From Cirrosporium novae-zelandiae (taxonomy: Eukaryota), in assembly GCA_026023565.1 (NCBI GenBank), contig JAPETS010000011.1:62001-126000 (forward strand): a DNA stretch of 64,000 bases, given 5' to 3'. Below the pieces are notes generated by a model. The model saw only the letters and a program-made list of their open reading frames with translations. It did no database searches and was not told the DNA's origin. Of this stretch, positions 35,959-48,776 are shown one piece after another (the stretch's first letter is position 1; each line of letters opens with the position of its first letter). The position numbers and the translations under genes are program-made.

Positions 35959-36960
35959 TCAAGGGGGACTGGAATCATCTTCCAGTGATGACTTAGGTGG
36001 AGACGTATTGCCTTCAGAAGTAGAGCTGTTTCTATCAACTCTATCGTGCATCAATTGTTGCTTGCTCAGCATACTTGGTGACGTTGCGGACGTCATCTCT
36101 CCAAGAACGTATGTGCATGGAGAAACTGGTAACGACTCCCTCTTTACGAACAGGTGGGACGATGGTGTAGATCCCGATGCCAACTCCTCCGCACCTCTAT
36201 CGTCACCTCTATCTTCCTCATCTAGTACAACGACCCCGCTATCCTCCCTCTCCCTCTTCTCCCTATTAACCTTCCTCCTCTTTCCCCATCTTCCCTCTAC
36301 CAGGTCTTCCAATTCTCCCACCTTAACCTCTACAGCCATGACATCATCTCCCATCTCAATCAATCTTTCCTCGGCCCTCTTTGCGCTTTGCTCTGCCCCC
36401 AGACTTCTATCCTCTGCACCTTCGGTACGATCTTCGACCTCCAAGACACGTTTCTGGATGCCACTAATAGTGGATGAAAAATTTGAATACAGGCCTTCAA
36501 TAGCGGTCCATAGGGCCTGGGTGTCCGACATATGAGTGCGACGCTCCGTCTCAAGTTCATCTTGAATAGTACGAAGTTTGGCCACCAGTGCGAGGTGGTG
36601 GGCTAGAGGAACAGTTTCGGTGGCAGCATTTTGAGGTGTTGATGTCGACGTGAGCGGTGGACTTGGAGGTGATTGCGATTGTGATTGCCTAATGGTTGGT
36701 GGCGGGATATGAAGATGGTAACAAGCTTGATGGCCGCATGCGCACCGCGAATCAGGTAATTTGGTTGCCTGAAAGCCTTGGCAGGAACATCGTTGATTGG
36801 TAATTGTTGGATGGAGCAAAATGAAGCGGCATTCACCACGGGGGAGGTGTGGCGGAGATGCTGGCGGAGGAGGAAAAGAATGATGGGTTATAGTATGGGG
36901 AATGGAGAGGGAGAGGGAAGAATGACGATTTGGTGGGGTAGGCGGTTGATTGTAAACCAT
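35959..36960 (-). CDS. Hypothetical protein, 333 aa, with an N-terminal Cys/His-rich putative zinc-binding module and a central coiled coil
   Basis: ATG-initiated 1-kb ORF. It has CRFILLHP..RCSCQGF..RCACGHQACYH, followed by heptad-like IQKRVLEVEDRTEGAEDR..VEVKVGELEDLVE and basic KRRK. Confidence 0.75.
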   Translation of the reverse strand: MVYNQPPTPPNRHSSLSLSIPHTITHHSFPPPPASPPHLPRGECRFILLHPTITNQRCSCQGFQATKLPDSRCACGHQACYHLHIPPPTIRQSQSQSPPSPPLTSTSTPQNAATETVPLAHHLALVAKLRTIQDELETERRTHMSDTQALWTAIEGLYSNFSSTISGIQKRVLEVEDRTEGAEDRSLGAEQSAKRAEERLIEMGDDVMAVEVKVGELEDLVEGRWGKRRKVNREKREREDSGVVVLDEEDRGDDRGAEELASGSTPSSHLFVKRESLPVSPCTYVLGEMTSATSPSMLSKQQLMHDRVDRNSSTSEGNTSPPKSSLEDDSSPP

Positions 36961-39900
36961 CCTCCTTGATTCGTGTCAGGACGTGTTTTCTAATTTGGCG
37001 TGACGTCTTCGGCGAGAACCTTTTCGAGGGAGGTGGAATGATGGTAGTGCTGGCATTGAAGTTTGCTGGTTTTTGTAGACAAGGTAGGTAAACGATGACA
37101 GGTAGGAAGAATCGTCGAGATAAAAAGTCTTGACCAGATTACGTCGAATATGGAGGGAAAATATTAGGAACTCTTCCGGTGATATTGCAAACAATTAACT
37201 ATACTCGAAAATTTCTGAATAACCCAGGAATCGATTCTTCTTGAAAAGTCGGCGCGACCAGGGTGAGGCGACTCGAAAGAGGGTAGTAGATGGATAGAAA
37301 TACCAATTGGTGGAAGGCTGCATTATTCGTGCGGTATGCTACGGCCGTGAAAGTTTAGATCTAAGATATCCGTTTTTTTATCTGAAAAAAATCAAAGTGA
37401 TCGCTCAATCAGATGGTCGTAGGACAAGGGAAGAGATAAGCAGTCGGGCGCATGCAGGAGCCACGTCGGAAAGGCTGAAGTCGATCCTGGGAATGGGTGG
37501 GATGGTCGATTGGTTGGCTTGCAATCAGATGGCTGCTCTGTAACACCAGATGATAAGCAGGATTGCGCTGGGTTCAACTGACAAAGATCTAAAGATCCCT
37601 ACGAAGTAGTAGTCCATGGGGAGCAGATGAGAAAAGAAAATGACAAGAAAAGAAAGTAAACGAAAAAGAACTAAAGTCATAGATATAAAAAGAGGTCCAA
37701 AGGAGTACTCAGGGCACTATATTTACGGTTTAGTGGAGCTCCCCACGGAAGTACAATCAAATTGACATGATTTATGTAGGTGATTGGTCATGACTGGGGA
37801 AATAGTGGCTATTGCTGTGATACTCGTGGTAACCAAGAATGCAAATAGGATATGCTGGAGAAACCTATTGGAGGCAAGATATTTATCCACATTGCTGTCG
37901 AACCCTCATATGTACATTTAGCAATTAATGAACTGTAGACCTGAAGGTGAGGGATTTGGTAGGGTGGCTTAGACTGTCATGAATGTGAGCAATATGGTTA
38001 GAAAGATTGGGGGGATGAGGATCTCCAAGTTTCGACTAATCTGCGCAGTCGGCAATAGATTTGGGGGGTTCAGCGACTAATACGAAAGCACACCGGGACT
38101 CATCACTAAAAGAGATAAAGATGGCTAATTTGAATATTGTGGTTGGTGGAAGTGATAAAGGTCGGCAATCCAAGGCAAATGATTTGATTGAGATGATGGG
38201 ATGACAATGACAAAAGGTCCCCCACACTTATGAAGAAGAAAATAATAAAATGACTACAGTTGACCCCCAAATTACCAAAGATAATCGGCCAAGGACGTTG
38301 AATTAGAGTTACACAAAAAACCCTGCCTCTTCTGGGACTCGTGAGTATTGACTGCCACGACTAGGGATATCCATCCACTTCCATCAGGTTGAAAGATTCC
38401 TTCATTGACATCATCTCTGACCTGTAATCGTCTTCAATCGTCTTTCCAAGACGCGCCGAGTCAGAGACCGGTTAGTCTAGTTCCAAACATGTAACACTAG
38501 TCGAAATTCCTTTACGAGAAAAGTTTCTGAAGACTTTGATCCTATTGAATTCTATTGTTACGTGAGACACCACCATCTAAAAATCTGAAGAAGAAAAAAA
38601 AGAAGAAGAAAAAAACAAGAAGATCAACTAACGAAGCAATCGATTAGTAAAAAGTAAAAATGAAATGAAATAATTTTGGGCACCAAAAATTCTGATGACC
38701 GCTCTTCCCAAACAACATTCTATGAAAATCCTCCTAGTCGCCGAGTCTTTGGTCTCCCCCTGTTTTTCTTGCATCCGGTAGGGGTTGATTGAACCCCTTA
38801 CCTGTAGTCATTGCCAGACCATCCGTTGTTACATGGCCAAGTACTTTATAAGATATACGGTGCAGTAGTGAGTAGTTGGAGTTTCGAGTACAAGTCCTGT
38901 TCCTTAGAACTTCTTTATTCTAACGCCCACTAATCCGTACTCCTCTTTTTATCTAAAAGAACAGTCCGTATATTTAATCTCATCTTCGATTTATTCTTGT
39001 TATTCCGTCGTCTCGATTCAAAGAGCCCTCTTATTGATGGATCTAGAATGTTGATCCATTTTTATATGTCATTGTCTAGAATATATGACGCAGGAGCCGA
39101 GTTTATATTGGACGGCTATTCGGGTATCCATGGCTTAGAAATTGTGCCTGTACTTGTTTTTGATACTCTTAGTCTCGGAAAATCTATCTGACGTCTTCGT
39201 AGTCCGACTAGGGTACCTTTGCCTTGTGAATTTGCCCTGAAGGGTATGGATGGAACCGTTGCAACAACCGAGTCAATCTTGGGTAAGTGGTGCTAAGCTC
39301 CGGATCGGATCTCCCATCAAAGATAGTATTAACGCTGCAAATAAAGTACTCTGCTATTTCTAAAGCAGAGGAGGATTCCAAGATATCTTCAAGCCTTATT
39401 ATACCGTTGAGGCTGTGGTTGATAGGCGGAGAAATGTAGCTATTTTGGAGGTTGTGGCAATAGCTCCCATGCTCGTAAGCTCTATTCTGGATACTTTGAG
39501 CGTTAATATCAGTTAGTATGGAAAAGATCTTCTGAAAGGAAACCTATGGATATGGAGAGCTAGCTCCTGAAGAATGTACACCCCTCAATGTCTGTAGGAG
39601 GGGTACATTAAATGGGTGGGAATGATGAGTTGAATGCCACTAAGCTTGCAATCCTCTATAGTCGCTCTCCAGCTGACACGACATTCAGCTTGACGCCCTT
39701 ACCCGACTAATGTTTTCTCTGATGGGCGGCTACGAGAAGACAACACACTTAGCATGAAGGCAGTTAGATAATTGGCCGTGAATTTTCAAAAGTTGCATCC
39801 TGCCTCGGGTAAGCACTCGTCCATGGAAGACCTGTTATAATAATACATTTTCTTGGGAGAGTGAACAAAAGGTCAACTTAAGAACATCCCTAGTAGAATC

Positions 39901-42513
39901 AATGAGACTCAAAGAATTCGAGCTTTCCTTTTTTTATTAAAGTGGTAATAATGTCAACAACTTTTTATTTTATTATCGTTATTTATGATTAATTATAAAT
40001 TGTTGATGTTGTGTATTCGCACGCCCATTAATGTCATGCAGTAGGAAAGTGGCGAAAAAACAATTTACAGATCTCGTTTATTTTGTTGATCGCTGTGTGA
40101 CCCCATTACCACCTATAAGATGATTATGAATTCTCCACGAGAGGCCTGCACATCCCTCGCCTTCCCCCCTCAACGTGAACTAACTAGTATGGCTAGATGG
40201 GCGTCGCTCGAACTGCCAACTTCCGCGTTTGACACGTTTGTTGATAATGCCGACGGGCATATTGGAAGCATGCCGCTTCCTAGAATGCTAGGTCGCAGCC
40301 GAGGAACGCGAAGACGTTCTTATCGAAACCCGACGAATGAAAAATTCTCCCGACGTATCATAACACTCGCTCGAAGCAAGCTTCTCTATGGACTTGCAGC
40401 CGATCCACGGGAGGGATGACATACACCATTTATCCAGCAGCTTTACAACGAATGAATCTGCACACGCTGCGGAAGGATTTAGTAGATGGCCGGGAAGATT
40501 TTGTCCTCTAACCAGATGACTTCTGCATAGCGACATTTAGTGAGAAAAACATTGGAAGAATACTGTGAGAATGGTAATTTTCTTAAGAGTAATCCTTGAT
40601 AAATGGCAAAAAGATTCTAGATGGTCAATCACGTCTTGAAACGAAGGCCGCCGACTTTCCTCGGTATGGTCACTAGGTCCAGAGATGCGTGACTGAGAGT
40701 TTATGCAGAAGCACGCGGCCTGGAACGTCGAGGGCGTCCCGTTCCAAACTGTCACCTTGAAAGCTCTCAGTCTGAGACTTATGGAGAAGACGGAAATCGA
40801 CCTGCTAACGACACGTCTAGAACCTCCCGGCGATAAAAGGGCTCCAGTATTGCCTGGAAGTTCTAGGCCATATATGACTGGTCCAGCCTTTCTTCGACGT
40901 TTCTTAACGGCCATTGTGGATAGTATGGCCTTGTCGCTCTGACTTCGCTGGTAGTTCTTCGACCGAGTATCGCGGCATTCTTCGTCACGGTGTCGGGTGC
41001 GGTTTTGGTCTTTGCTCTTTTGGTGGTATTCTTCCCAGAGAAGCTGCTGTCCGACTTGCTGTCCATTACTGCAAGTTCTGCAGCTTTCTCTATAGAACCA
41101 GGTTCATAAATCTATAAAGTGATTGAAGGAGAGAAGATGATAACCTAAAAACCTAGGGAAGGGGTGCGATTAAATGTCAGATGAAATACGATCAAACACC
41201 AAAGATGTCGTATATAGAAGCCCCTTCGCCCCTGACTGTCCGTCACTCAAATGCCCAGTTGGTAACAGGTCTACGAGGAGACAGCTCCCAAAATACAGCG
41301 ACAATAAAAAATTAGCAAGCCCCAATAACTCTTACCAAAGTATGATTATCCTCTCCATCTGCTGATGGGTAATTGATGAATGAATGGTTAATTGATGACA
41401 CAGTTATCATTGAAGGTCTGAATTATCTTCCTCTTTTTGCCGGGGCAAATTAAGTTCAAAGCTTGACATCTCCCCATAATAGCTGGGTTTGATTCAACTA
41501 GAGCCCTGTAGCAGTATGTATTAAACGATAGCATTGATATACTCGATGGGTATGCGATAGTGCGTCCATGAGAAAACATGTGGCCGCTTTGAAAAACGGG
41601 TTAGAAGCTTCCATTTCGCTTTCCGAGTCTTGAGAGAGTTGCTGGGAGCTCCTTTCTAGCGAGTTTGATAGAGTATGACTATTTCACTCAACAAGATGAT
41701 TTCTATCAAAAGATAAGCGCAGCTTCGTATTCGTTAAAGTCATTGTTTAGGCGAGTCAGAGCTATATCGATATACTCCGGGGCTGGTGTTGAGTGTTATG
41801 ATAATGAGATATTAATTGAGTTTGCCGGATGTTATGCCTATCATAGTTCATGAACTGTAAGTTCTTACTACTCGGGATAGCATGAAGCATCATGAAACAT
41901 GGTTATATTGGCATCTTGATCAAATATCCGGAGTCACAAGCCGCCAATCAATATGGTAGGATAGTTGGATGGCACATGACGCAGTGGGTAGATGAGTGCT
42001 CTCAAGGCTGTTCCTTTCCCCGTAATGCCTAGTAAAGAGACATAGAGGATACCACTAACCACCACTTTGGAAGCAACATTGGTAGGAATGGTCGAGGGAT
42101 GTAGAAAGTGATTATATAATATATATATTCTTCATCCTATACCCATCTATGAATCCATCGTATGTTTCAAGATAACCAATCGTATATAGCCCAACCAATG
42201 CAACAGTTGCGGGCTTGGTCTTGGATACAACGTACATAGATAAGGTTCACGTCATGTTCAAGTTCACCTAGCATTGAATATGGATATGAAATACATGAAT
42301 GATGCAAAATGTATATAAATAATATGGTAGCTATTCAAATCCAAAGTTCCTTCCGTCCGGGTCACGGCTGCACCAGTCCAGTGCATCCATTTAGGGTATC
42401 ATGATCGCCCCCCCTCGCTTTTCCAAATGAAAATAGCTAATATGCAGAAATATAGACATTTGTTCCCCTTGTCCCATAAGATATTTATTTTCAGTCCAGA
42501 ACGCCGTTTACGT

Positions 42514-45500
42514 CTAACCCCCTCCACCCCCGCCATCCCTTTGCCCGTTGCCCTGCTGCTTAAACGACCCAACGCCAATGCCAACTCCGACATCCGTGCC
42601 TCCAATAATACTTCCCGCACCAACTTCCGCATTACTACCTAGCATGCCAAAATTTCCCAAGTTGAATCCGGAACCCAACCCTCCAAGGCCTAAGCCACCC
42701 CATAAGTCTTCATTTCTGCCGTCCACAGCAGACAGCGGTGGTGGATCCATGTTGAATGGAGTGAAGTAGGCGGAACTGGGCTCGTTCCAAAAGGCCGATG
42801 CAGCTGCTAGACCGCTGTTACCACCGTCGCCACTGTTGGAGTTATCTGTAGTCGTTCCGTCAAGATTCAAGTCCCCAACAAAAAATGCAGCATTGAGATG
42901 TTGATGGGAGTTCAACGGCGCTGCAGATTCCATACCGGAAAAGCCACCGTAGACGAGATGCCGGTCTAGTTGGGGGATGGTAGAAGGCTGGCCAGGGGGG
43001 TAAAAGTCCGGGAAAGTGGAAGTGGGTGGAGGATTGAAGAGAGGTTGGGGATTCTGGGCTTGGATTTGAGAGTTCTGTTGGAAGAGGGAATTAGAAAGGC
43101 TGGGTGTTTGGTAGGCTGTGAGTAGTGAGGAAGGATCAGAAGGTGGGAGACTGGATGGAAACGGCTGTGGTTGAGGACGTGGAGGATGTTGCTGTGGAAG
43201 AACAGACGGTGGTTGCTGTTTCGTAGTCTCTAATTTGGTGGCGCTTTGTGTCTGGGTAGTAGAAATCCTGCGCTTGGCGACTCTCTTAGTTGTTTTTCGT
43301 AGATTCTGGTCAGATTTGGATGGAGGAGATAGACTTCGGAAAAAGTCTTCTACCGACTGAAGGTCTGATTTTTGACTCATGACGGCTTCTTTCCCTGGCT
43401 CCTTGTCGCTATGCGAGGCAGGATCCTCGTAATCAATTTCCGATACGCCGTGGGGATATTGATCAAACCAGTCTCCATATTGGAAGACTGAAGAAGGCTG
43501 ATTAATCCCTCCCGGCGTGACAGTCCCTTTCATCGAAGCATCCGCAAAACGCCGATATATCCCTTTGAGACTTTCGGCCATATAGTGGAACATTCCCCAA
43601 TGTTTCTTCATCTTACTAAGATACCTCACGTTTTGTGCTAGGCATTTCTTTGCGGTTGCCTCCAATTGAGTGTTGTGTGAGAAGATGCCCCATACATGTA
43701 CAGTGCTAGATAGAAAGGCCGAATAACCGGCGAAAGGGGCATCTACCGAATACTCAAGAGCCTGAGCAACTAATTCGGATATCTGATTGGCTGCTTCAAT
43801 AGCCAATCTGGCAGAGTTGGCTAAAATATTCTTAGGGATTCCCGCTGGAGGTTGAAGACCTGGGGCCATGGGAATCGCATATCTATGCATGAACAAGATT
43901 ATTTGCTGGCAGCATATATGTAGGAAAAGATATTGATTCGCGAGTCCTTCGACTGCATAGTTCCGTAGGTTGTCTGGAGAATATTCTAGGTAATTAGGAA
44001 GCGAGCTCTTAAACTCTAGAATTTGTTTCTTTAACGAAGAAAACCCGGATTCTGGATGATGACAAACATAACGGTCACTTTGTTTTCCACCAAGATTGAG
44101 ATATTTGATAACTCGACCCCAAAGAGCAATGGCCCGAACGGTATATGCGGCAACACCCATATTTTCTTTGGCGTTAGAGACATGCCCGTTGCTTGGCGAC
44201 ATTGGATTCGGTATGCTACCATCAAGACTTTCAGTCGGACCAGGAATCTCCATTTGAAAATGGGATTCTTTGATCGGTAGTTGTATTTTTATTTCTTCCT
44301 CGTTTGCGCATATCGGTCGATCCGTACCCGAAGAGTTGAAACGATCCATCATAAAACAGGCCCACATGGTTCGCCGTCGTATTTCACGGTCAGTAAAACT
44401 CAGCGGCATTTGCTTGTCTCCTTTGCGACCGATAGGATCATGGTCGAGTTCTTGATGCAGCTGAAGGGCGTATGCCATTCTCATAGCCATCCCACCGAGC
44501 ATCCAGCTTCTCCCACCTTGACATGTCCCAAATTCATGCAACCCAAGCATGAGCAAGACCGAAAGAATGGTGATATTTGGTTGATCATATCTTTTCAGAG
44601 CGATTTCTCTTGCTGGAGCGGCCCATTTCTCCCCTCGAAGGAACGCAGGTTCCGTGGCTACCTGTGGATGTGTAGAAAATCGCGCAGACAAGGCACAGAC
44701 AGCCAAGACCAGGACCGGCGGGAGCGTTTTCGCTCGTAACCTCCGCATATAACTTGGCTTATGAAGGAGATGATACGACTGTCCATATAGACAATCAAAG
44801 TACACTTCGGATAAATGTACTTGAAGGTCTTGTGAGGGCAAATGTTCTGCACCTTCCTCCATTTCTAACCGGTGTGCCTCGGAGTCGCTGGTTACCAGTG
44901 GATTTGGCTTTGAGCTGCCTGGAGCCATAGCCGTACTACTTCCCGACTTTGACCAGTCCTTTAAGTCTGATGAGAAAGCCTCGTCTGCTGATCTTTTTTT
45001 CAAGTTTGATCCTTTACCAGGCTTGCCTTGACCGGGAAGCGACGGTTTCACGATAGATCTTCCTATACTCGAGACGACGTTCTGCTCTTCTTTAGGAACA
45101 AGCTTGATAACTCGGTCTTCCATTCTCTTCAAGCGCTTGTCTAGCATAGCCATATAGTCTGTTCGTGGTGCAGCTTTTCTGGTAGTGACTTTGTATACAC
45201 AAGGGATTCGCGAGCGTAAACAATGTTTGCAAGCAGGCTTCTCTCCAGAACATCGTATCTTTTTTCTTCTGCAAGCTATACAGGCCAATGGTAATCTCTT
45301 CCGCTCCTTCCCGGCCTTTGTCTTCAGTTCACTCCATGCCGGCTTCTCTGATTCAGCAATCCTTTTCTTCGAATCCTTTCCGCCATCTATTGCATCATTC
45401 TCCCCTCCAGTATTTATGGTCTTATCATCCAGTGCCTTTCCTGGGTCTCTCGAGCTCGTAGGACTCAACCCGTCAGATCCATCCACGCTGATAGAACCCG

Positions 45501-45897
45501 CATGATATGTAAACTGCCCTGCACTCATTGTGTTTTGATCCTGTGCACCTGATAGAAACCCCGGATTGTCTGAAGCCTTTGTGCTGCTTGGAGAATCGAC
45601 TTTTGAATCCCCTAATCCATCAAATGCTCCGACTCCATCACTGGAGCCATTGTGATACGGGAAACTGTACTCGGAGAACGGCGACATCGGTCTGGGAGGG
45701 ATATTTGGTGACTGGTGGACTGCTGGTTGAGAGGCTTGCATAATAGCTTCGACTCGGGGATGTCTCGACTCTGATATGGTATAGTCGGCAGACTTGAACG
45801 CATCATCCTGTCCGGCGGAGGCAAATTGAGGAGGAGGATCAGGGAGTTGGTAGGTCGTCTGTAGAGTAGGAAATGGATGATCTGACCCTGGAGGCAT
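42514..45897 (-). CDS. Zn(II)2Cys6 fungal transcription factor with Fungal_trans domain, ~1127 aa; resembles the COL-26/BglR/ART1/Prf group
   Basis: Binuclear cluster KERKRLPLACIACRRKKIRCSGEKPACKHCLRSRIPCVY, and middle-homology region GMAMRMAYALQLH..REIRRRTMWACFMMDR. The first ATG is at 45897 (the ORF-track start is GTG). The orthology call is from memory of the motif. Confidence 0.9.
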   Translation of the reverse strand: MPPGSDHPFPTLQTTYQLPDPPPQFASAGQDDAFKSADYTISESRHPRVEAIMQASQPAVHQSPNIPPRPMSPFSEYSFPYHNGSSDGVGAFDGLGDSKVDSPSSTKASDNPGFLSGAQDQNTMSAGQFTYHAGSISVDGSDGLSPTSSRDPGKALDDKTINTGGENDAIDGGKDSKKRIAESEKPAWSELKTKAGKERKRLPLACIACRRKKIRCSGEKPACKHCLRSRIPCVYKVTTRKAAPRTDYMAMLDKRLKRMEDRVIKLVPKEEQNVVSSIGRSIVKPSLPGQGKPGKGSNLKKRSADEAFSSDLKDWSKSGSSTAMAPGSSKPNPLVTSDSEAHRLEMEEGAEHLPSQDLQVHLSEVYFDCLYGQSYHLLHKPSYMRRLRAKTLPPVLVLAVCALSARFSTHPQVATEPAFLRGEKWAAPAREIALKRYDQPNITILSVLLMLGLHEFGTCQGGRSWMLGGMAMRMAYALQLHQELDHDPIGRKGDKQMPLSFTDREIRRRTMWACFMMDRFNSSGTDRPICANEEEIKIQLPIKESHFQMEIPGPTESLDGSIPNPMSPSNGHVSNAKENMGVAAYTVRAIALWGRVIKYLNLGGKQSDRYVCHHPESGFSSLKKQILEFKSSLPNYLEYSPDNLRNYAVEGLANQYLFLHICCQQIILFMHRYAIPMAPGLQPPAGIPKNILANSARLAIEAANQISELVAQALEYSVDAPFAGYSAFLSSTVHVWGIFSHNTQLEATAKKCLAQNVRYLSKMKKHWGMFHYMAESLKGIYRRFADASMKGTVTPGGINQPSSVFQYGDWFDQYPHGVSEIDYEDPASHSDKEPGKEAVMSQKSDLQSVEDFFRSLSPPSKSDQNLRKTTKRVAKRRISTTQTQSATKLETTKQQPPSVLPQQHPPRPQPQPFPSSLPPSDPSSLLTAYQTPSLSNSLFQQNSQIQAQNPQPLFNPPPTSTFPDFYPPGQPSTIPQLDRHLVYGGFSGMESAAPLNSHQHLNAAFFVGDLNLDGTTTDNSNSGDGGNSGLAAASAFWNEPSSAYFTPFNMDPPPLSAVDGRNEDLWGGLGLGGLGSGFNLGNFGMLGSNAEVGAGSIIGGTDVGVGIGVGSFKQQGNGQRDGGGGGG

Positions 45898-47711
45898 GGT
45901 GCAGCATTCGTAGGCTCCTAGCACCTAGATCAAGCTTATTTCTTGTCTCGCCAATTGCAATCGATAATGTTAGAATAGTGCGGTTGGGGCAAAAGTCTTG
46001 GTCATGGATTTAAAATCATTCTCAACACCCCTTGGCCACAAGAAGTGGAAGATGCAATTCAAGATTGCGTAGCAATATTTGTGAGGCTAGTAAGCATATA
46101 CTCATAAGATGTTTGGAAGCGTCACGGGTGTGTGGAGAAGGAGGTAGAATAATGTCTTTCAAGATCTGCATAGGAATAAGATGCCTCAACTAGACGTAAT
46201 AAGCTCGGGCCAATATAAACCTCTTTGCCTTTCTGGATAACACCCTAAAGGTTTCCACGTCTTACCAACTAAAGTTTTTCTTGAAGTTGCACATTCATGT
46301 AATAATGAATGTATGGATGTACTATATCTTACAAAGTCGTAATAGGATGAATAGGAAGCAGATGGAAAATTGAGTACTAGGCAGGCCAACATTAGACTAA
46401 CTACATGTAATTAACGTGAAGTTCTGAATAATGTTCTAATATCCTGCTGGGGGGGGGGGGGGGGTTGAAGTGGCGTTCACAGGCCAACAATCAGTTTGAG
46501 TGACCAAAGCCGTAACTACTACTCACTCGTACGGGGGTTGTAGTTTTTCTGAATAGGCGTGATGAGGGAACGAGAGAGGGAGGGGGGGGGGGGTTGTAGA
46601 TCCGAGGTTAACCCTAAGTGAAAACGATACCTATAACAGTATCGCTAAGTATCACATCCGTTAAGCAACTAAACAACCAGGCCGGACCGATGCCCCACGA
46701 TACCAATAAATGGCCCCCCAATTCCCCAATTAACTAATACCTGTTTACTTTGACTTGTTCTTGACTCCCGTGACTCTTTTGTCCTGCATCTCCCCCCCCC
46801 CCCCACTTGTCTGCGTATGTACTGTACCTAGATAGGTAGTTAGAGACCAACCCTGATCCATAACTAATCATCAAGGTACATGTAGCACAACAAATATTCC
46901 ATTTTTCTTACTCCATATTATTTAGCTAATTACTGTATCGGAGATCCGAAAGAAAAACAAAAAAATAAAAAAACAAAAAAAAAACTAAGTTCAAGGCGTC
47001 AAGGTCCAACTGACATGAAAATTGGCAGCCTGCAAAAGGGGTCCTATAAAAACAAAGTACAGCCCTGTCCCTTCTTTTGATCCAATGCAGTTCTTCCCGG
47101 ACCATAAACCGCAAATATCTTAGGCTTGAACCTTCGATAATGTTGATGGATCAAATAATGTAACAGTACATAGATAATTATATCTAGAAATGGTTGACCA
47201 ATTCCAATTCATTTGGTTTCTAGAAATTATTGATAACGGATTCATCCCTGCCCCGAAACTCAAATGACGTTTACCTTGGATTTCTTGTAATTACCCCAAG
47301 TTTATTTACACATTACATGTATATGCATACAATACTTGTACACAGCGTATAGCTAGTTATATATCTCTACTCCTATCCTCTCTTGGTTCAAGTTTCAGAA
47401 TGCATTCATTGGTCAACTAGATGATAGCAGAAAAGGGCAATTATTTTGGATTTTCTAAAGAGGTACCCGCTCCGCAGGTCATCTCGTCTGTAGTAGTTGT
47501 AGTAGAAGGAACATATAACAGATAAAAATATACATCTCTAACACATATTCTCAATAAAGCTGCCATGTACATCCATTTCCCATAACTCCATCCAACACAC
47601 GTTTTCCCGGATTCCATTTCCTAACGCCAAATTCCTTTACGGCCATCCGTCTCAAAGCCTCATCTGTTTTGTCTATGTTTAGACCGACTTGAATCGGTCT
47701 TTGTTTCCTAG

Positions 47712-48776
47712 TCAATCATCCCATTCTTCATCTAGTTGGTCAATCAACCTATTCTCGTCATCCGAATTTCGGCTGTGAGTGCGATTCGCACCCGATCCCC
47801 CGATAAACGAGTACCTGCCTCCGCCGGATCCGCCGCTTCTTGACATTGGGATGTGTAGCATTCTGGCGCAAGAGGAAAACGTGATGATGAAGATATCACC
47901 AAAAAAAGAGACAATACCTGCCCATAGCGAGAAGTTTGGTAGTTGCTTCCAGCCCCTCTGTTGCATCACCACTCGTTGATACACACATCCTCCCAGAAGG
48001 TAAACAGCTACCGCAATTCCGAATATCACCCCAAAAACTCCACCGGGGGAGAGGGATGCTTCTTGTGTTGACGTAGTGCTACACGCCGCGAAGGTACGTG
48101 CCTCGAAAAAGTATGAGCAATGGTCGGGGGTTCCTACGAAGGAGAGATGAACAGGTGGGGATAGCGGGTCTCGGTCGCAGAGAAGTGAGATCAAAGTGTT
48201 TTTTTGGCGGGATGGCGAGGAAGTGGAATCGGAGTCAGCTGAGGGACAGGGAGAGCCGTCGGTGTAATTAAGAACAAGCTTGCGGCCACGGAAAACAGGC
48301 TCCGAGGAGAGTTGGCTGGAGAGTGTTAGTTGGATGCTGATAAAAAAAATGGGAGATCTATCTGATAGAACACAAGATCACAAAAAATCCCTAATCGTTA
48401 CGTACCCGATGGAAAAGGTCTTTCCATTTTCCTCATAGAATGCGCTCACATTCGCCCAAAGTTCTTTCTTAACCCCCACTATTTCGCCAAGATCCTCGAT
48501 GACCGGCGCACAAAAATTCATTGTAAAATTTGCCCCATAGTCCCAGCCTAATGCATGCCAACTAGTCGTCTTGTCGCTCTTACTTGGCTTTTTGGAGGGG
48601 TCGAGAGGTAAGACGGAGATTGCATTGAGGTCGAAGAACGATCCTGTGTGCGGTGAATGTATCGTACATGGTATCTCGACTGGTTTAGTTTTTTTCGAGT
48701 CGGAAGGGGAGGACGCAGTGGAGAGGGCTAGGGTGGGGAGGAGGAAGGCTGCTAGAAGGGAGATGAGAGAGCGCAT
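47712..48776 (-). CDS. MRL1: Mannose-6-phosphate receptor-like vacuolar sorting receptor; 324 aa, 2 exons (48776-48406, 48315-47712)
   Basis: Signal peptide, MRH-domain motifs (PCTIHSP..GSFFDL, NFTMNFCAPV, RGRKLVLNYTDGSPC, CSYFFEART.AAC), one TM helix, and acidic tail ENRLIDQLDEEWDD. The 90-nt intron is GTACGT..CTAAC..CCAG. Confidence 0.88.

Noticed and set aside
35834..36535. 233-aa + strand ORF overlapping the Cys/His protein
   Set aside because: Its Ser/Leu-rich composition is the antisense mirror of the Glu/Arg-rich coiled coil.
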